This document shows, piece by piece, positions 30,032 through 38,741 of a stretch of DNA of 64,000 nt (the first letter of the stretch is position 1; each line of letters starts with the position of its first letter). The stretch covers positions 1 through 64,000 of the forward strand of contig JANNXQ010000078.1 in the NCBI GenBank assembly GCA_031409655.1, given 5' to 3'. Made by a program: the position numbers and the translations under genes. The notes under the pieces are model-generated. The model saw nothing but the letters and a program-made list of their open reading frames with translations. It was not told the origin of the DNA and searched no databases. The DNA comes from Chthoniobacteraceae bacterium (GTDB lineage: Bacteria; Verrucomicrobiota; Verrucomicrobiia; Chthoniobacterales; Chthoniobacteraceae).

Positions 30032-30142
30032 GGTGGATGGCGCGCTCCGCCGCGCCATGCCAAAACTAACGCCGAAGGCCATGCAGATTGAATGGCGCTT
30101 CGCGCGATCAATGCCATGGCGCGGCGGAGCGCGCCATCCACC
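30032..30142. repeat. REP/MITE-like element, copy 2 (28-bp perfect inverted repeats)
   Basis: 30032-30059 is the exact reverse complement of 30115-30142. Confidence 0.88.
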
Positions 30143-30175
30143 GAGCGTTCATTCCGAGCGTTCATTCCGAGCGTT
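30141..30175. repeat. 13-bp tandem repeat CCGAGCGTTCATT x2.7
   Basis: Read directly from sequence. Confidence 0.85.
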
Positions 30176-30345
30176 GTTCACACCGTACAGAAATGATGTT
30201 TTATTTTTTAATCCCTAATCCTTCTTCTTAATGATTTGAACAACTCGGCGATTCCGCGCTCCACACCCGCTCCTGCATGGTTCCACGGCGACAACAACCC
30301 GCCGACAACTTCTCAGTGGAGCCGCACAGGTCGGCTTCGACCCAC

Positions 30346-31113
30346 TTATCCCACAGGTTGTTCGGACTTGTCGGCAGCTATTGGGGAGTTGTTCGCGCCT
30401 TCGAGTGCGGGCGAAAGAAGGGGTCCACCGACCGTCTTCCAAAGCTCCCGACCAAGGGCATTCCGGGCAGCGGCCGTCTCCGCTTCTTTTTTGCTCCGTC
30501 CTTCACCTTCGCCCAGCTCGCATCCTTCCCAGACGATCTTCGCCACGAAACGCTTTTGATGCTCAGGTCCGGATTGATCGGTGATCGGATACGTCGGGCT
30601 GCGTGGGGAGATGGATTGGAGCAGCTCCTGTAGTCGGCCCTTCGGATTGGTGTCCGGCGGATCGACTTCCATTTCGTCCAGCAACTCGCGCGCTTCCGTG
30701 ATGACGATGCGGCGCACCGTCACAAAATCGCTATCGAGGTAGATCGCGCCGATGAGTGCCTCGTAGGCGTCGGAGAGCGTCGAGGGCCGTTCCCGCCCGC
30801 CGCTCGCTTCCTCGCCCCGGCCCATCATCAGGAAGCGCCCGATGCCGATGCGTTCGGCGAGCACCTTGAGTCCTTCGCGGGAGACGATGCGCGCGCGGAT
30901 CTTCGTGAGGTAGCCTTCTGGGAGAGTGTCAAATTTTTCGTAGAGATGCTCGGTGAAGATGAGCTGCAGGACGGCATCGCCGAGGAATTCGAGACGCTGA
31001 TTGTCAAAGTGATGACGCTGCGTCTCATGGCCGAGACTCGGGTGCGTGAGGGCTTCGGCGAGCAACAGCGAATTGCGAAACTTGTAGCGAATGCGGGATT
31101 CCAGGGGATTCAT
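30346..31113 (-). CDS. rnc: Ribonuclease III
   Basis: ALTHPS, NQRLEFLGDAVL, SDAYEALIGAIYLD, dsRBD NPKGRLQE...GEGRSKKEAE. Confidence 0.96.
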   Translation of the reverse strand: MNPLESRIRYKFRNSLLLAEALTHPSLGHETQRHHFDNQRLEFLGDAVLQLIFTEHLYEKFDTLPEGYLTKIRARIVSREGLKVLAERIGIGRFLMMGRGEEASGGRERPSTLSDAYEALIGAIYLDSDFVTVRRIVITEARELLDEMEVDPPDTNPKGRLQELLQSISPRSPTYPITDQSGPEHQKRFVAKIVWEGCELGEGEGRSKKEAETAAARNALGRELWKTVGGPLLSPALEGANNSPIAADKSEQPVG

Positions 31114-31284
31114 TAACTTTTCACCTCATAGCATCTCCGCGCCGGAGATGCTTTGAAAAATCACCCGCGACTCCTGGAAAGTCGTGCGGCGGCGCGGGCT
31201 AAGAAGAGCGCCTCTCCCAAGGTGGACAAACCCGTCTGGTCGCGGAGGATTGCAATTGCGCCACGCCCACCCACCTTCCCACCC

Positions 31285-32475
31285 GTGAACTCTGGCTCCC
31301 CCAGTCGTCCTCACCTTACCGCGGCTCTGCTGGCGCTCTTGTTCGCGAGCGTGCCGCTCGTGGGCGGACTCATCTGGGCCCAGCGGCTCGAGCGGCGCCA
31401 CGTCCACGATCTCATCGCGGATTTTTCGGATCCAAAGTTGCACGGGGTCGCGCTCCAAAAGCAGGCCTTCGCGCAGGATGATCTGCTCGTGCTCTACGGC
31501 AGCTCCGAGCTGGTGAAGCAGGTGCCCAACACGGCGGGCGAATTCTTTGAGGACTATCCCACCGGTTTCCGCGTCTTCCCCGTCGGCAAACAAGGCACCA
31601 CGGCGCTGGCGGTTTTGCAAAAACTCGCGGCCGTCGGCACCGATCTGCGCGGGCGCAAAGTGGCGATCTCCCTTTCGCCGAGTTCGTATTTCGCCGAGGA
31701 GGTCGATCCCGGCTACTACGCAGGAAATTTCTCCACCCTGCAGGCCACGGAACTGGCCCTCAGCACCGAGCTGAGCCGCCCGCTGAAGGCGGCCTCTGCC
31801 CGCCGCATGCTCGAATATCCGAAGACCTACGAGGACAATTGGCTGCTCGAAACGCTGCTTCGGCGTCTCGCCGGCGACACTCCCGGGGATCGCGTCCTCT
31901 ACACCGCACTGGTTCCGCTGGCGCAGCTCCAACGCGGGATCGGGCGGGTGCAAGACCACTTTGAAACGGCCGGCCATATCGCGGATCTCCGCTCGGAACC
32001 AGCGCGGACCAAGCGACCCCGCGTGTTGAACTGGAAGGATATTTTTCGGCGCGCCGAAGTGATCGCCAAGGCAATGAAGGCAAAGGCGCGGAAAGTGCCG
32101 GCCATCGCAAAACGCCCGAAAGGATCCCGCGACAAACTTTTCCTCCAGAATCTCGCGCGTGCCGATGAGTGGACGGATTTCGAACTCGTCCTCCGCACCC
32201 TCGACGAACTCGGCGCCCGCCCGCTGATCCTCAGCATGCCCGTCCACGCCAGCGATCTGGAGGCGCTCGGAGTCTCCAAGGAAGCGCGCAGCGCCTACGA
32301 GGAGCGGCTGCGGGCGCTGACCGCGGAGCACGACGCGCCGCTCGTTTATTTCAAAGCGAACGAAGACGACCCGGATTTCTTCTTCGACAACCTCGACCAC
32401 CTCGGTGCGAAAGGCTGGATCTACTACAACAAGATGCTCGACGATTTCTTCCACGGACGATTAACGAACCTGTAG
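31285..32475 (+). CDS. dltD: D-alanyl transfer protein DltD
   Basis: N-terminal TM, LYGSSEL, KVAISLSPSSYF, DNLDHLGAKGW; GTG start inferred. Confidence 0.9.
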   Translation: MNSGSPSRPHLTAALLALLFASVPLVGGLIWAQRLERRHVHDLIADFSDPKLHGVALQKQAFAQDDLLVLYGSSELVKQVPNTAGEFFEDYPTGFRVFPVGKQGTTALAVLQKLAAVGTDLRGRKVAISLSPSSYFAEEVDPGYYAGNFSTLQATELALSTELSRPLKAASARRMLEYPKTYEDNWLLETLLRRLAGDTPGDRVLYTALVPLAQLQRGIGRVQDHFETAGHIADLRSEPARTKRPRVLNWKDIFRRAEVIAKAMKAKARKVPAIAKRPKGSRDKLFLQNLARADEWTDFELVLRTLDELGARPLILSMPVHASDLEALGVSKEARSAYEERLRALTAEHDAPLVYFKANEDDPDFFFDNLDHLGAKGWIYYNKMLDDFFHGRLTNL

Positions 32476-32551
32476 CCCGCTTCCTCTTCCTCCATTCCGC
32501 GCATCCAGAGGAGAGAGAGGAAGAGGTAGATTAAGAGGAAGACCCCCAACA

Positions 32552-32803
32552 ATGACCCCCACCGACTCCACCGAAAAAATCCTCACCGTCCTCGCCGACA
32601 TCGCCGAGACCGACGAAGTGCGCACCAATCAGGAACTCGCGCTCTACGAGCTGCAGATCCTCGATTCCATGAAGACCGTGCAACTCATCGTGGCCCTCGG
32701 ACAGGAACTGGGCGTGGAGATTTCGCCCGCTGAGTTTGAGCGCGAAAGCTGGGCCACGCCGCGCAAGCTGGTCGAGGATGTCCTCCGCCGGATGGCCGCG
32801 TGA
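32552..32803 (+). CDS. dltC: D-alanyl carrier protein DltC
   Basis: ILDSMKTVQL (phosphopantetheine Ser), EFERESWATP. Confidence 0.92.
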   Translation: MTPTDSTEKILTVLADIAETDEVRTNQELALYELQILDSMKTVQLIVALGQELGVEISPAEFERESWATPRKLVEDVLRRMAA

Positions 32804-32949
32804 AGGCGCTCGAAGCCTGGCTGGAAGTCCATCCGCGGGCGCGCGCGGCGGTGCTGGTGACCTACTATCTGGCGATCGTGGCGGGCCTGATCGCGCTCTA
32901 TGGACGAGGTGATTTCTCCACGCCGCCGTTTGTGTACCAGGAGTTTTGA
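32800..32949 (+). CDS. dltX: DltX small membrane protein (not in the ORF track)
   Basis: GTG start overlapping dltC stop; 49 aa MKALEAWLEVHPRARAAVLVTYYLAIVAGLIALYGRGDFSTPPFVYQEF; one TM and C-terminal FxYxxF. Confidence 0.88.
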   Translation: MKALEAWLEVHPRARAAVLVTYYLAIVAGLIALYGRGDFSTPPFVYQEF

Positions 32950-32963
32950 GGCGGGGAGAGAAT

Positions 32964-33069
32964 GAACATCGAACATCGAACATCGAACCCTGAACGTCGA
33001 ACCAACGCCGTCATCAGGCCGGCTGCCTTCCTTCGTTCGATGTTCGACGTTCGACGTTCGACGTTCGAC
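32964..33069. repeat. Inverted pair of heptamer tandem arrays (GAACRTC)n ... (GTTCGAY)n
   Basis: 32964-33002 and 33035-33069. Confidence 0.88.
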
Positions 33070-33099
33070 GCTGGTTCCCCACGCGGCTGCTCCTAGCCC

Positions 33100-34557
33100 A
33101 TGCATCTCCTCGAACAAATCGACCTCTGGGCCCACCTCTGCCCCGACCGCCCCGCCCACATCAGCGGCACCCAGACCCTCACTTACGCCGAACTTCGCAC
33201 CCGCTCCGACACCGTGGCCGCCTGGCTCGACACGGAGCTGGGCGAGTGCCGCGCCCCCGTCGCCGTCCACGGGCACAAAGAGCCCGAGATGCTCATCGCC
33301 TTTCTCGGCGCGGTGAAGTCCGGCCGACCTTACGTGCCGATCGATATTTCCATCCCCGCCCAGCGCGTCGAGCGCATCGTCGCAAATGCCGTCGCCGCCG
33401 TGACGCTCACCCCGGCGCGCGTCGCGGAGATCATCGCCGGACCGCGCACCGCGCCGCAGCGCCACGTCCAGCGCGAGGATCCGTATTATATCCTCTTCAC
33501 CTCCGGCAGCACCGGTGAGCCCAAGGGCGTCGTGGTCACGCTCGGCAATCTCGAGCATTTCCTCTCCTGGATGCTGGCCGAGCAGCACTTCGAGCCGCAG
33601 ACCGAGACCTTCCTCAATCAAGCCCCCTTCTCCTTCGATCTCTCGGTGATGGATCTCTACCTGAGCCTCGTTACTGGCGGCACGCTCTTCAGCGTCACGA
33701 AGGAGCACGTCGCGAATCTCAAACAGCTCTACGAAGCCTTCCACGTTTCGCAGCTCACGACTTGGGTGTCCACGCCGTCCTTCGCCCAGATGTGTCTCAT
33801 CGAGCGCACCTTTGCCGAGCCCATGATCCCCACGCTCCAGCGTTTCCTCTTCTGCGGAGAAACGCTCGCGCCGGAGACCGCCTCGCAATTACTCGAACGT
33901 TTTCCGCGCGCTGAAATCTGGAACACCTACGGTCCCACCGAAGCGACCGTTGCCACCACCTCGGTGCGCGTCGATCGCCCTTTGCTGGAAAAGTGGTCGC
34001 CGCTGCCAGTGGGCAGCGCGATGCCCGGCACCCAGGTCGTGATCCTCGACGAGCAGCGCCAGCGCGTGGCGGAGGGTGAGCGCGGCGAGATTGTCATCGC
34101 CGGCGCGAATGTCAGCCCCGGCTACCTCGGCCGCCCCGATCTCACCGAGCGCGCTTTCTTTCAATATCAGAGCGCCCCGGCCTACCGCACCGGCGACTGG
34201 GGCCGCGAACGCGAAGGCCAGATCTTCTTCGAGGGCCGCATGGACGGCCAGGTGAAGGTGAACGGCTACCGCATCGAACTCGGCGACCTCGAAGCCAACC
34301 TGCGCGCCCTTCCCGAGATCGCCGACGCGGTGGTCCTGCCGGTGATGAAGCAGGAGCGCATCGACGCCCTCGCCGCCATCGTCGTGCTCGCCGTGGAAAA
34401 GACCGGCTCGGACTTTGAGTTTACCGCCAAACTCAAGACCCGCCTCGCCGAGCGGCTCCCTGCCTACATGGTCCCGCGGAAATTCCTCTACGTGGACGCC
34501 TTCCCCATGACCGCCAACGGCAAGGCCGACCGCCGCAAGCTGGCCGAACTCCTGTGA
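33100..34557 (+). CDS. dltA: D-alanine--D-alanyl carrier protein ligase DltA
   Basis: YILFTSGSTGEPKG, NQAPFSFDLSVMDLY, WVSTPSF, FLFCGE, NTYGPTEATVA, PMTANGKADR. Confidence 0.93.
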   Translation: MHLLEQIDLWAHLCPDRPAHISGTQTLTYAELRTRSDTVAAWLDTELGECRAPVAVHGHKEPEMLIAFLGAVKSGRPYVPIDISIPAQRVERIVANAVAAVTLTPARVAEIIAGPRTAPQRHVQREDPYYILFTSGSTGEPKGVVVTLGNLEHFLSWMLAEQHFEPQTETFLNQAPFSFDLSVMDLYLSLVTGGTLFSVTKEHVANLKQLYEAFHVSQLTTWVSTPSFAQMCLIERTFAEPMIPTLQRFLFCGETLAPETASQLLERFPRAEIWNTYGPTEATVATTSVRVDRPLLEKWSPLPVGSAMPGTQVVILDEQRQRVAEGERGEIVIAGANVSPGYLGRPDLTERAFFQYQSAPAYRTGDWGREREGQIFFEGRMDGQVKVNGYRIELGDLEANLRALPEIADAVVLPVMKQERIDALAAIVVLAVEKTGSDFEFTAKLKTRLAERLPAYMVPRKFLYVDAFPMTANGKADRRKLAELL

Positions 34558-34643
34558 GGCAGCACCGCTGTGAAGTCTGATCCGTGAACGGTGAATCGTG
34601 CTCGCCATCGCGGGCGCTTGCCTTCATTCACGGGCTTCCCTGA

Positions 34644-36122
34644 ATGACCCCGTTCGGCGATTTCATCTACTTCGGCCTGCTGCTTTACGCCGTCCTGCCG
34701 ACTGTCGCGCTCGGTCTTTGCGGCCGCGCCGGGCGCTGGTGGCTGCTCCTCGTCACCGTGGCGCTACTGGCGGTGCAATATGGCGGCGACCTCGCGATCC
34801 GACCCGGCCTCGAGGTCCGCGAGCTTTGGATCGTGCTTGGTTACGCGGCCTTTGAAGGTGCGGTCGCGTGGTGCTTCCTGAAGCGAAAATCGCGAGTCAT
34901 TTTCTGGCTCACGCTCGGGCTCACGCTCCTGCCGCTCGCCACGGCGAAAGTGCTGCCGCTGCTTTCTCCCGAGAGCGCCTTCGGTTTCCTCGGCATCTCC
35001 TACGTTACTTTCCGCGCGATCGATGTGGTCCTGTGCATCCAGGACGGCCTCATCAAATCCCTCTCGCCTGCGCAATACTTCGCCTACCTGCTCTTCTTCC
35101 CCACCATCTCTTCGGGACCGATCGACCGCTATCGCAGGTTTTCCCAGGACTGGATGCGCGATCGCACCCGTGCGGAGTTTCTCGACGACCTCGACTTCGC
35201 CATCGCGCGCATCTTTCGCGGCTTCCTTTATAAGTTCATCATCGCCGCACTGCTCCACGCGCACTGGGTCGCGCCGCTCGGAAAACAGACCACACTCCTC
35301 GCCAAGCTCGGCTTGATGTATGCCGACACTTTCTATCTTTTCTTCGACTTCGCTGGCTACAGCGCCTTTGCCATCGGCCTTTCCCGGCTCTTTGGCATCA
35401 GGACACCCGAAAATTTCAACGCGCCCTTTCTCTCCCGGAATATTCGCGACTTCTGGACGCGCTGGCACATCACCCTGTCCTTCTGGTTTCGGGATCACGT
35501 CTATATGCGCTTTCTCCTCGCCGCGGCGAAGGGGAAGTGGTTCACCGGAAAACACACCGCCAACTATCTCGGCCTCTTCCTTACTTTCGGTCTCATGGGC
35601 GTGTGGCACGGGCTTGAATTACGGTACATCCTCTACGGTCTCTACCATGCCGCGCTGCTCTCCGGTTACGATTGGTTTGCGCGCTGGAATAAGGAGCGCA
35701 AAGTCTGGGGCGACGGCCCCTGGTGGCGCGCGAGTAATGTGATCCTCACCTTTCACGCGTTTGCCTTCGGCATCGTACTCTTCAATGCCCGTCTCACTCC
35801 GCATGCACCGCCGCCGAACGAGGAGGTGGTGGAAAATGTGGACTGCCGCGAAGTCGTCGGTGTGCTTTGGGATCGCACGCAACCTAGCGAACAGCGGGAG
35901 GTGGACATCTACATTGACTCCTCCTGGGTCGCGCGGATCCGCAGCGACGACTTCCGCGCAGACCTCCGCGACCGTGGCATGGGCGAAGGCCGCCACGGCT
36001 TCCGCTTCGCCCTCCCCTCTTACGTGCGCGATGGCCACTCGCACACCATCGAGGTGCGTCTCGCGAGCTCGAACAAAGAGCTCCGCGGGTCCCCTGAGGT
36101 CGTGACCTGCGATCGGGAGTAG
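34644..36122 (+). CDS. dltB: MBOAT D-alanyl transferase DltB with extra C-terminal soluble domain
   Basis: FLGISYVTFR, FFPTISSGPIDRYRRF, YLFFDFAGYS, FWTRWHITLSFWFRD, MGVWHG. Confidence 0.92.
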   Translation: MTPFGDFIYFGLLLYAVLPTVALGLCGRAGRWWLLLVTVALLAVQYGGDLAIRPGLEVRELWIVLGYAAFEGAVAWCFLKRKSRVIFWLTLGLTLLPLATAKVLPLLSPESAFGFLGISYVTFRAIDVVLCIQDGLIKSLSPAQYFAYLLFFPTISSGPIDRYRRFSQDWMRDRTRAEFLDDLDFAIARIFRGFLYKFIIAALLHAHWVAPLGKQTTLLAKLGLMYADTFYLFFDFAGYSAFAIGLSRLFGIRTPENFNAPFLSRNIRDFWTRWHITLSFWFRDHVYMRFLLAAAKGKWFTGKHTANYLGLFLTFGLMGVWHGLELRYILYGLYHAALLSGYDWFARWNKERKVWGDGPWWRASNVILTFHAFAFGIVLFNARLTPHAPPPNEEVVENVDCREVVGVLWDRTQPSEQREVDIYIDSSWVARIRSDDFRADLRDRGMGEGRHGFRFALPSYVRDGHSHTIEVRLASSNKELRGSPEVVTCDRE

Positions 36123-36210
36123 AGAAGACTAGACCGTGGCCAGTGCTTGGTTTCATCTGACTCGATAGTGACTGACCACTGAATACCGACTAATAGCCAC
36201 TGACCAACCC

Positions 36211-37146
36211 ATGGGACTGGAACTCAACACCGCACTTTTCCTCAAGCAAGCGCACGAAGACGGCTGCTCCTTCGAGCAGACGGCGACGCTCGGTCACCAG
36301 ACCTTCTTTATGCGCTGGGATGCGATGCAAAAGCACTTTCCTGCGCTCAATCCCAATGCCGGCTGGCGTTACGCGGACCCCTTCCTTGAGGCCGCCTTTG
36401 GGAGCAAGGAGGTGACCTCCTTCGATGCCTCGGACTTTGAGGGCGCGAGTGTCGTCCATGACATGAATCTGTCTGTCCCTTTGGAATGGCAGGCCCGCTT
36501 CGATGCCGTGATCGAGATGGGTTCGCTGGAGCACATCTTCAATTTTCCCGTCGCCATCCACAGCCTCATGCAGATGACGAAAGTCGGCGGCAGCCTTTTC
36601 ATCGTGACGCCGAGTAACAACTATCTCGGACACGGATTCTACCAGTTTGGTCCTGATCTCTTCCACCGACTGCTCTCTGCCGCGAATGGCTACAAGATCG
36701 AGCGATTCTACGGCTTCGAGCATCGTTACTTTGGCCCCGAGATGGGCCAGTGCGGCCCGTGGTACGAGGTGCTCGATCCGGCCCAAGTCCGCGAGCGTCC
36801 GATCGTCATCAGCGAAAATCCGATGCTGCTCATGATCCGTGCGCGTCGCGTCGAGGCGAAAACTGGGCCGCTCGTGATCCCGCAGCAGAGTGACTACTCC
36901 GCGATGTGGCAGCAAGCGGCGAGTGGCCCGACTCCGGTCGCAACGTCGCCATCCGTCCCTGGCTCCGATGGACTGAAGGCGGCTGCGCGGCGCATTCTCC
37001 AGACGAAGTTTGAAGGTCTTTATGGAAAGATCATGCACGAGCGTTTCCGTCGGCACCGTGAGGAGCAGCGTCAGACCGAGCACTCGCTCGCTGGCTCACG
37101 TTGCTTTAAGCGCACCGAGCTGCGCGGCGATTCCCCCGCGATGTAG
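36211..37146 (+). CDS. Methyltransferase-like protein
   Basis: FDASDFEGASVVHDMN, FDAVIEMGSLEHIF, GHGFYQF. Confidence 0.75.
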   Translation: MGLELNTALFLKQAHEDGCSFEQTATLGHQTFFMRWDAMQKHFPALNPNAGWRYADPFLEAAFGSKEVTSFDASDFEGASVVHDMNLSVPLEWQARFDAVIEMGSLEHIFNFPVAIHSLMQMTKVGGSLFIVTPSNNYLGHGFYQFGPDLFHRLLSAANGYKIERFYGFEHRYFGPEMGQCGPWYEVLDPAQVRERPIVISENPMLLMIRARRVEAKTGPLVIPQQSDYSAMWQQAASGPTPVATSPSVPGSDGLKAAARRILQTKFEGLYGKIMHERFRRHREEQRQTEHSLAGSRCFKRTELRGDSPAM

Positions 37147-37151
37147 GCACG

Positions 37152-38429
37152 CTATTTTTCCCCGATGCACCAGAGATGCTGGTGGGTGCGGATGAAAAGA
37201 TCGCCATCGCTCACCGCGAGCGACGCGTTTGTCAGGCCATCGCCGAGGGCGTTGACGGCGAGCATTTCAAACTGCGGAGAAGCGCGGATGACGACCGTGT
37301 CGCTGCCCTGATTCAGGACGTAGAGGCGATCCCCAGCGAGGACCATGGAAGACCACGACTCCGACTTCGCACCACTGCCCTGCAGCCGCTCCTGCCACAC
37401 CGGTTTTCCAGTCCGCAATTCGAGGCACTGGGCGATGCCGTTGGAGTTCAGGATGTAAATGTGGCCGTCCTTGATGACCCCGGAGCCGATGCGTCCCTTA
37501 TCCCGCGGCTCCTGCCACAGACGATGCGTGTCGGTCACGTCGCTCTGCCCGCCAGTCCGCACGGCGACAGTGCTACCGCCATATCCACCCATGCCGACGA
37601 CGACCCCTTCACCATGAATCGGCGAAGTGTAGATGAGTGGATTCAAGCCCCGACAGAACCAGAGCAACTGGCCGGTCTTCGGATCATAACTGCGGATCTC
37701 CTGCGGGTAGCTCATCACCAACTCGGTGCGTCCCCCGGCATTGATGACCAATGGTACGCTCCACGATCCGACCACCCCGTCGGACTTCGCGCCGAAACCA
37801 TCGTTGCGCGGCATGGTGATCTCGATTTTCGGGAAGTCCTCGCGCCAGGCGTCCCGTCCCGTGCGTTTGTCCACCGCGAGGAGGAAAGTTCGGGGGCCAG
37901 GCCCGAAGTTTAGAAAACAAAGATCACCCTCCAGCACCGGACTCGCCGAGTAACCCCATTCGTGCCGATGTTCGCCAAGATCACGATGCCAGATTTGCCG
38001 GCCATTACTATCGAAGCAGAAAAGTCCAGCCGAGCCGAACCACGCGACGACGCGTTCTCCATCGGTCACCGGCGATGCTGAGCAATAGGGATTCGTCGCG
38101 TGGCTTGGTTCCTTGGCGACACCTTTTGCGCCAGCCCGCCAGAGTTCCTTCCCGTCCGCACGCGAGTAACAGATGACCAGGCGATCGTCGCCCACGGCCT
38201 GCGTGAGGAAGACGCGGTCGCCCCAGACGATCGGCGTGGAGTTACCCCGTTCGGGCAGCGCGACTTTCCATTTCACATTTTCCGTGGCGCTCCATTTCAG
38301 TGGGATCTCGGTCTCCGTGCTGATCCCCCCTCCTCCCGCCCCTCGCCAGGCCGGCCAAGGTGCCGCGAGGGCTGTGCTGCAAGCTGCAACGAAAATAGAA
38401 ACTACAATCGCACGGAGGAAAAGGAACAT
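37152..38429 (-). CDS. PQQ-like/BamB-type beta-propeller protein
   Basis: Signal peptide, WPAWRG, ENVKWKVALP, STPIVWGDRVF, repeated propeller blades. Confidence 0.88.
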   Translation of the reverse strand: MFLFLRAIVVSIFVAACSTALAAPWPAWRGAGGGGISTETEIPLKWSATENVKWKVALPERGNSTPIVWGDRVFLTQAVGDDRLVICYSRADGKELWRAGAKGVAKEPSHATNPYCSASPVTDGERVVAWFGSAGLFCFDSNGRQIWHRDLGEHRHEWGYSASPVLEGDLCFLNFGPGPRTFLLAVDKRTGRDAWREDFPKIEITMPRNDGFGAKSDGVVGSWSVPLVINAGGRTELVMSYPQEIRSYDPKTGQLLWFCRGLNPLIYTSPIHGEGVVVGMGGYGGSTVAVRTGGQSDVTDTHRLWQEPRDKGRIGSGVIKDGHIYILNSNGIAQCLELRTGKPVWQERLQGSGAKSESWSSMVLAGDRLYVLNQGSDTVVIRASPQFEMLAVNALGDGLTNASLAVSDGDLFIRTHQHLWCIGEK

Positions 38430-38459
38430 AGGGAATAACTAACTATGCACTGACTTAAG

Positions 38460-38741
38460 CTAACTCGGAGTAACCTGCGGCCGGAAGAACACAGCGACAT
38501 GACCCACTTGCTGGACTAACTCACTTTCCGTGCGCGCCGCGATCTGTGCGGCCAGGGTCTTCCGCTCTTCCTTAAAGTCCGTGAACTTCATTTTGACCAA
38601 GCCATGCAGGGCAAGCGCCTCCGACATGGATCGGACAAAACTCTCGGTCATGCCCGCGTGCCCTAGTTTCACAGCCGGTTCAAGTTTCTGCGCGCGCGCT
38701 TTCAGATCACGCTTGGCGGCGTTGGTCAGCGGTAAGTTCAT
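38460..38741 (-). CDS. yhbY: YhbY/CRM RNA-binding protein
   Basis: LKARAQKLEP.VKLG..G, HGLVKMKF, VQQVGHV. Confidence 0.85.
   Translation of the reverse strand: MNLPLTNAAKRDLKARAQKLEPAVKLGHAGMTESFVRSMSEALALHGLVKMKFTDFKEERKTLAAQIAARTESELVQQVGHVAVFFRPQVTPS

Noticed and set aside
31126..32454. 442-aa - strand ORF
   Set aside because: Antisense to dltD, which has clear family motifs
32964..33069. Repeats as a CRISPR array
   Set aside because: 7-bp units without unique spacers; no cas genes
33100..34557. NRPS biosynthetic cluster
   Set aside because: Standalone adenylation enzyme with DltA motifs in a dltBCDX context; no condensation domain
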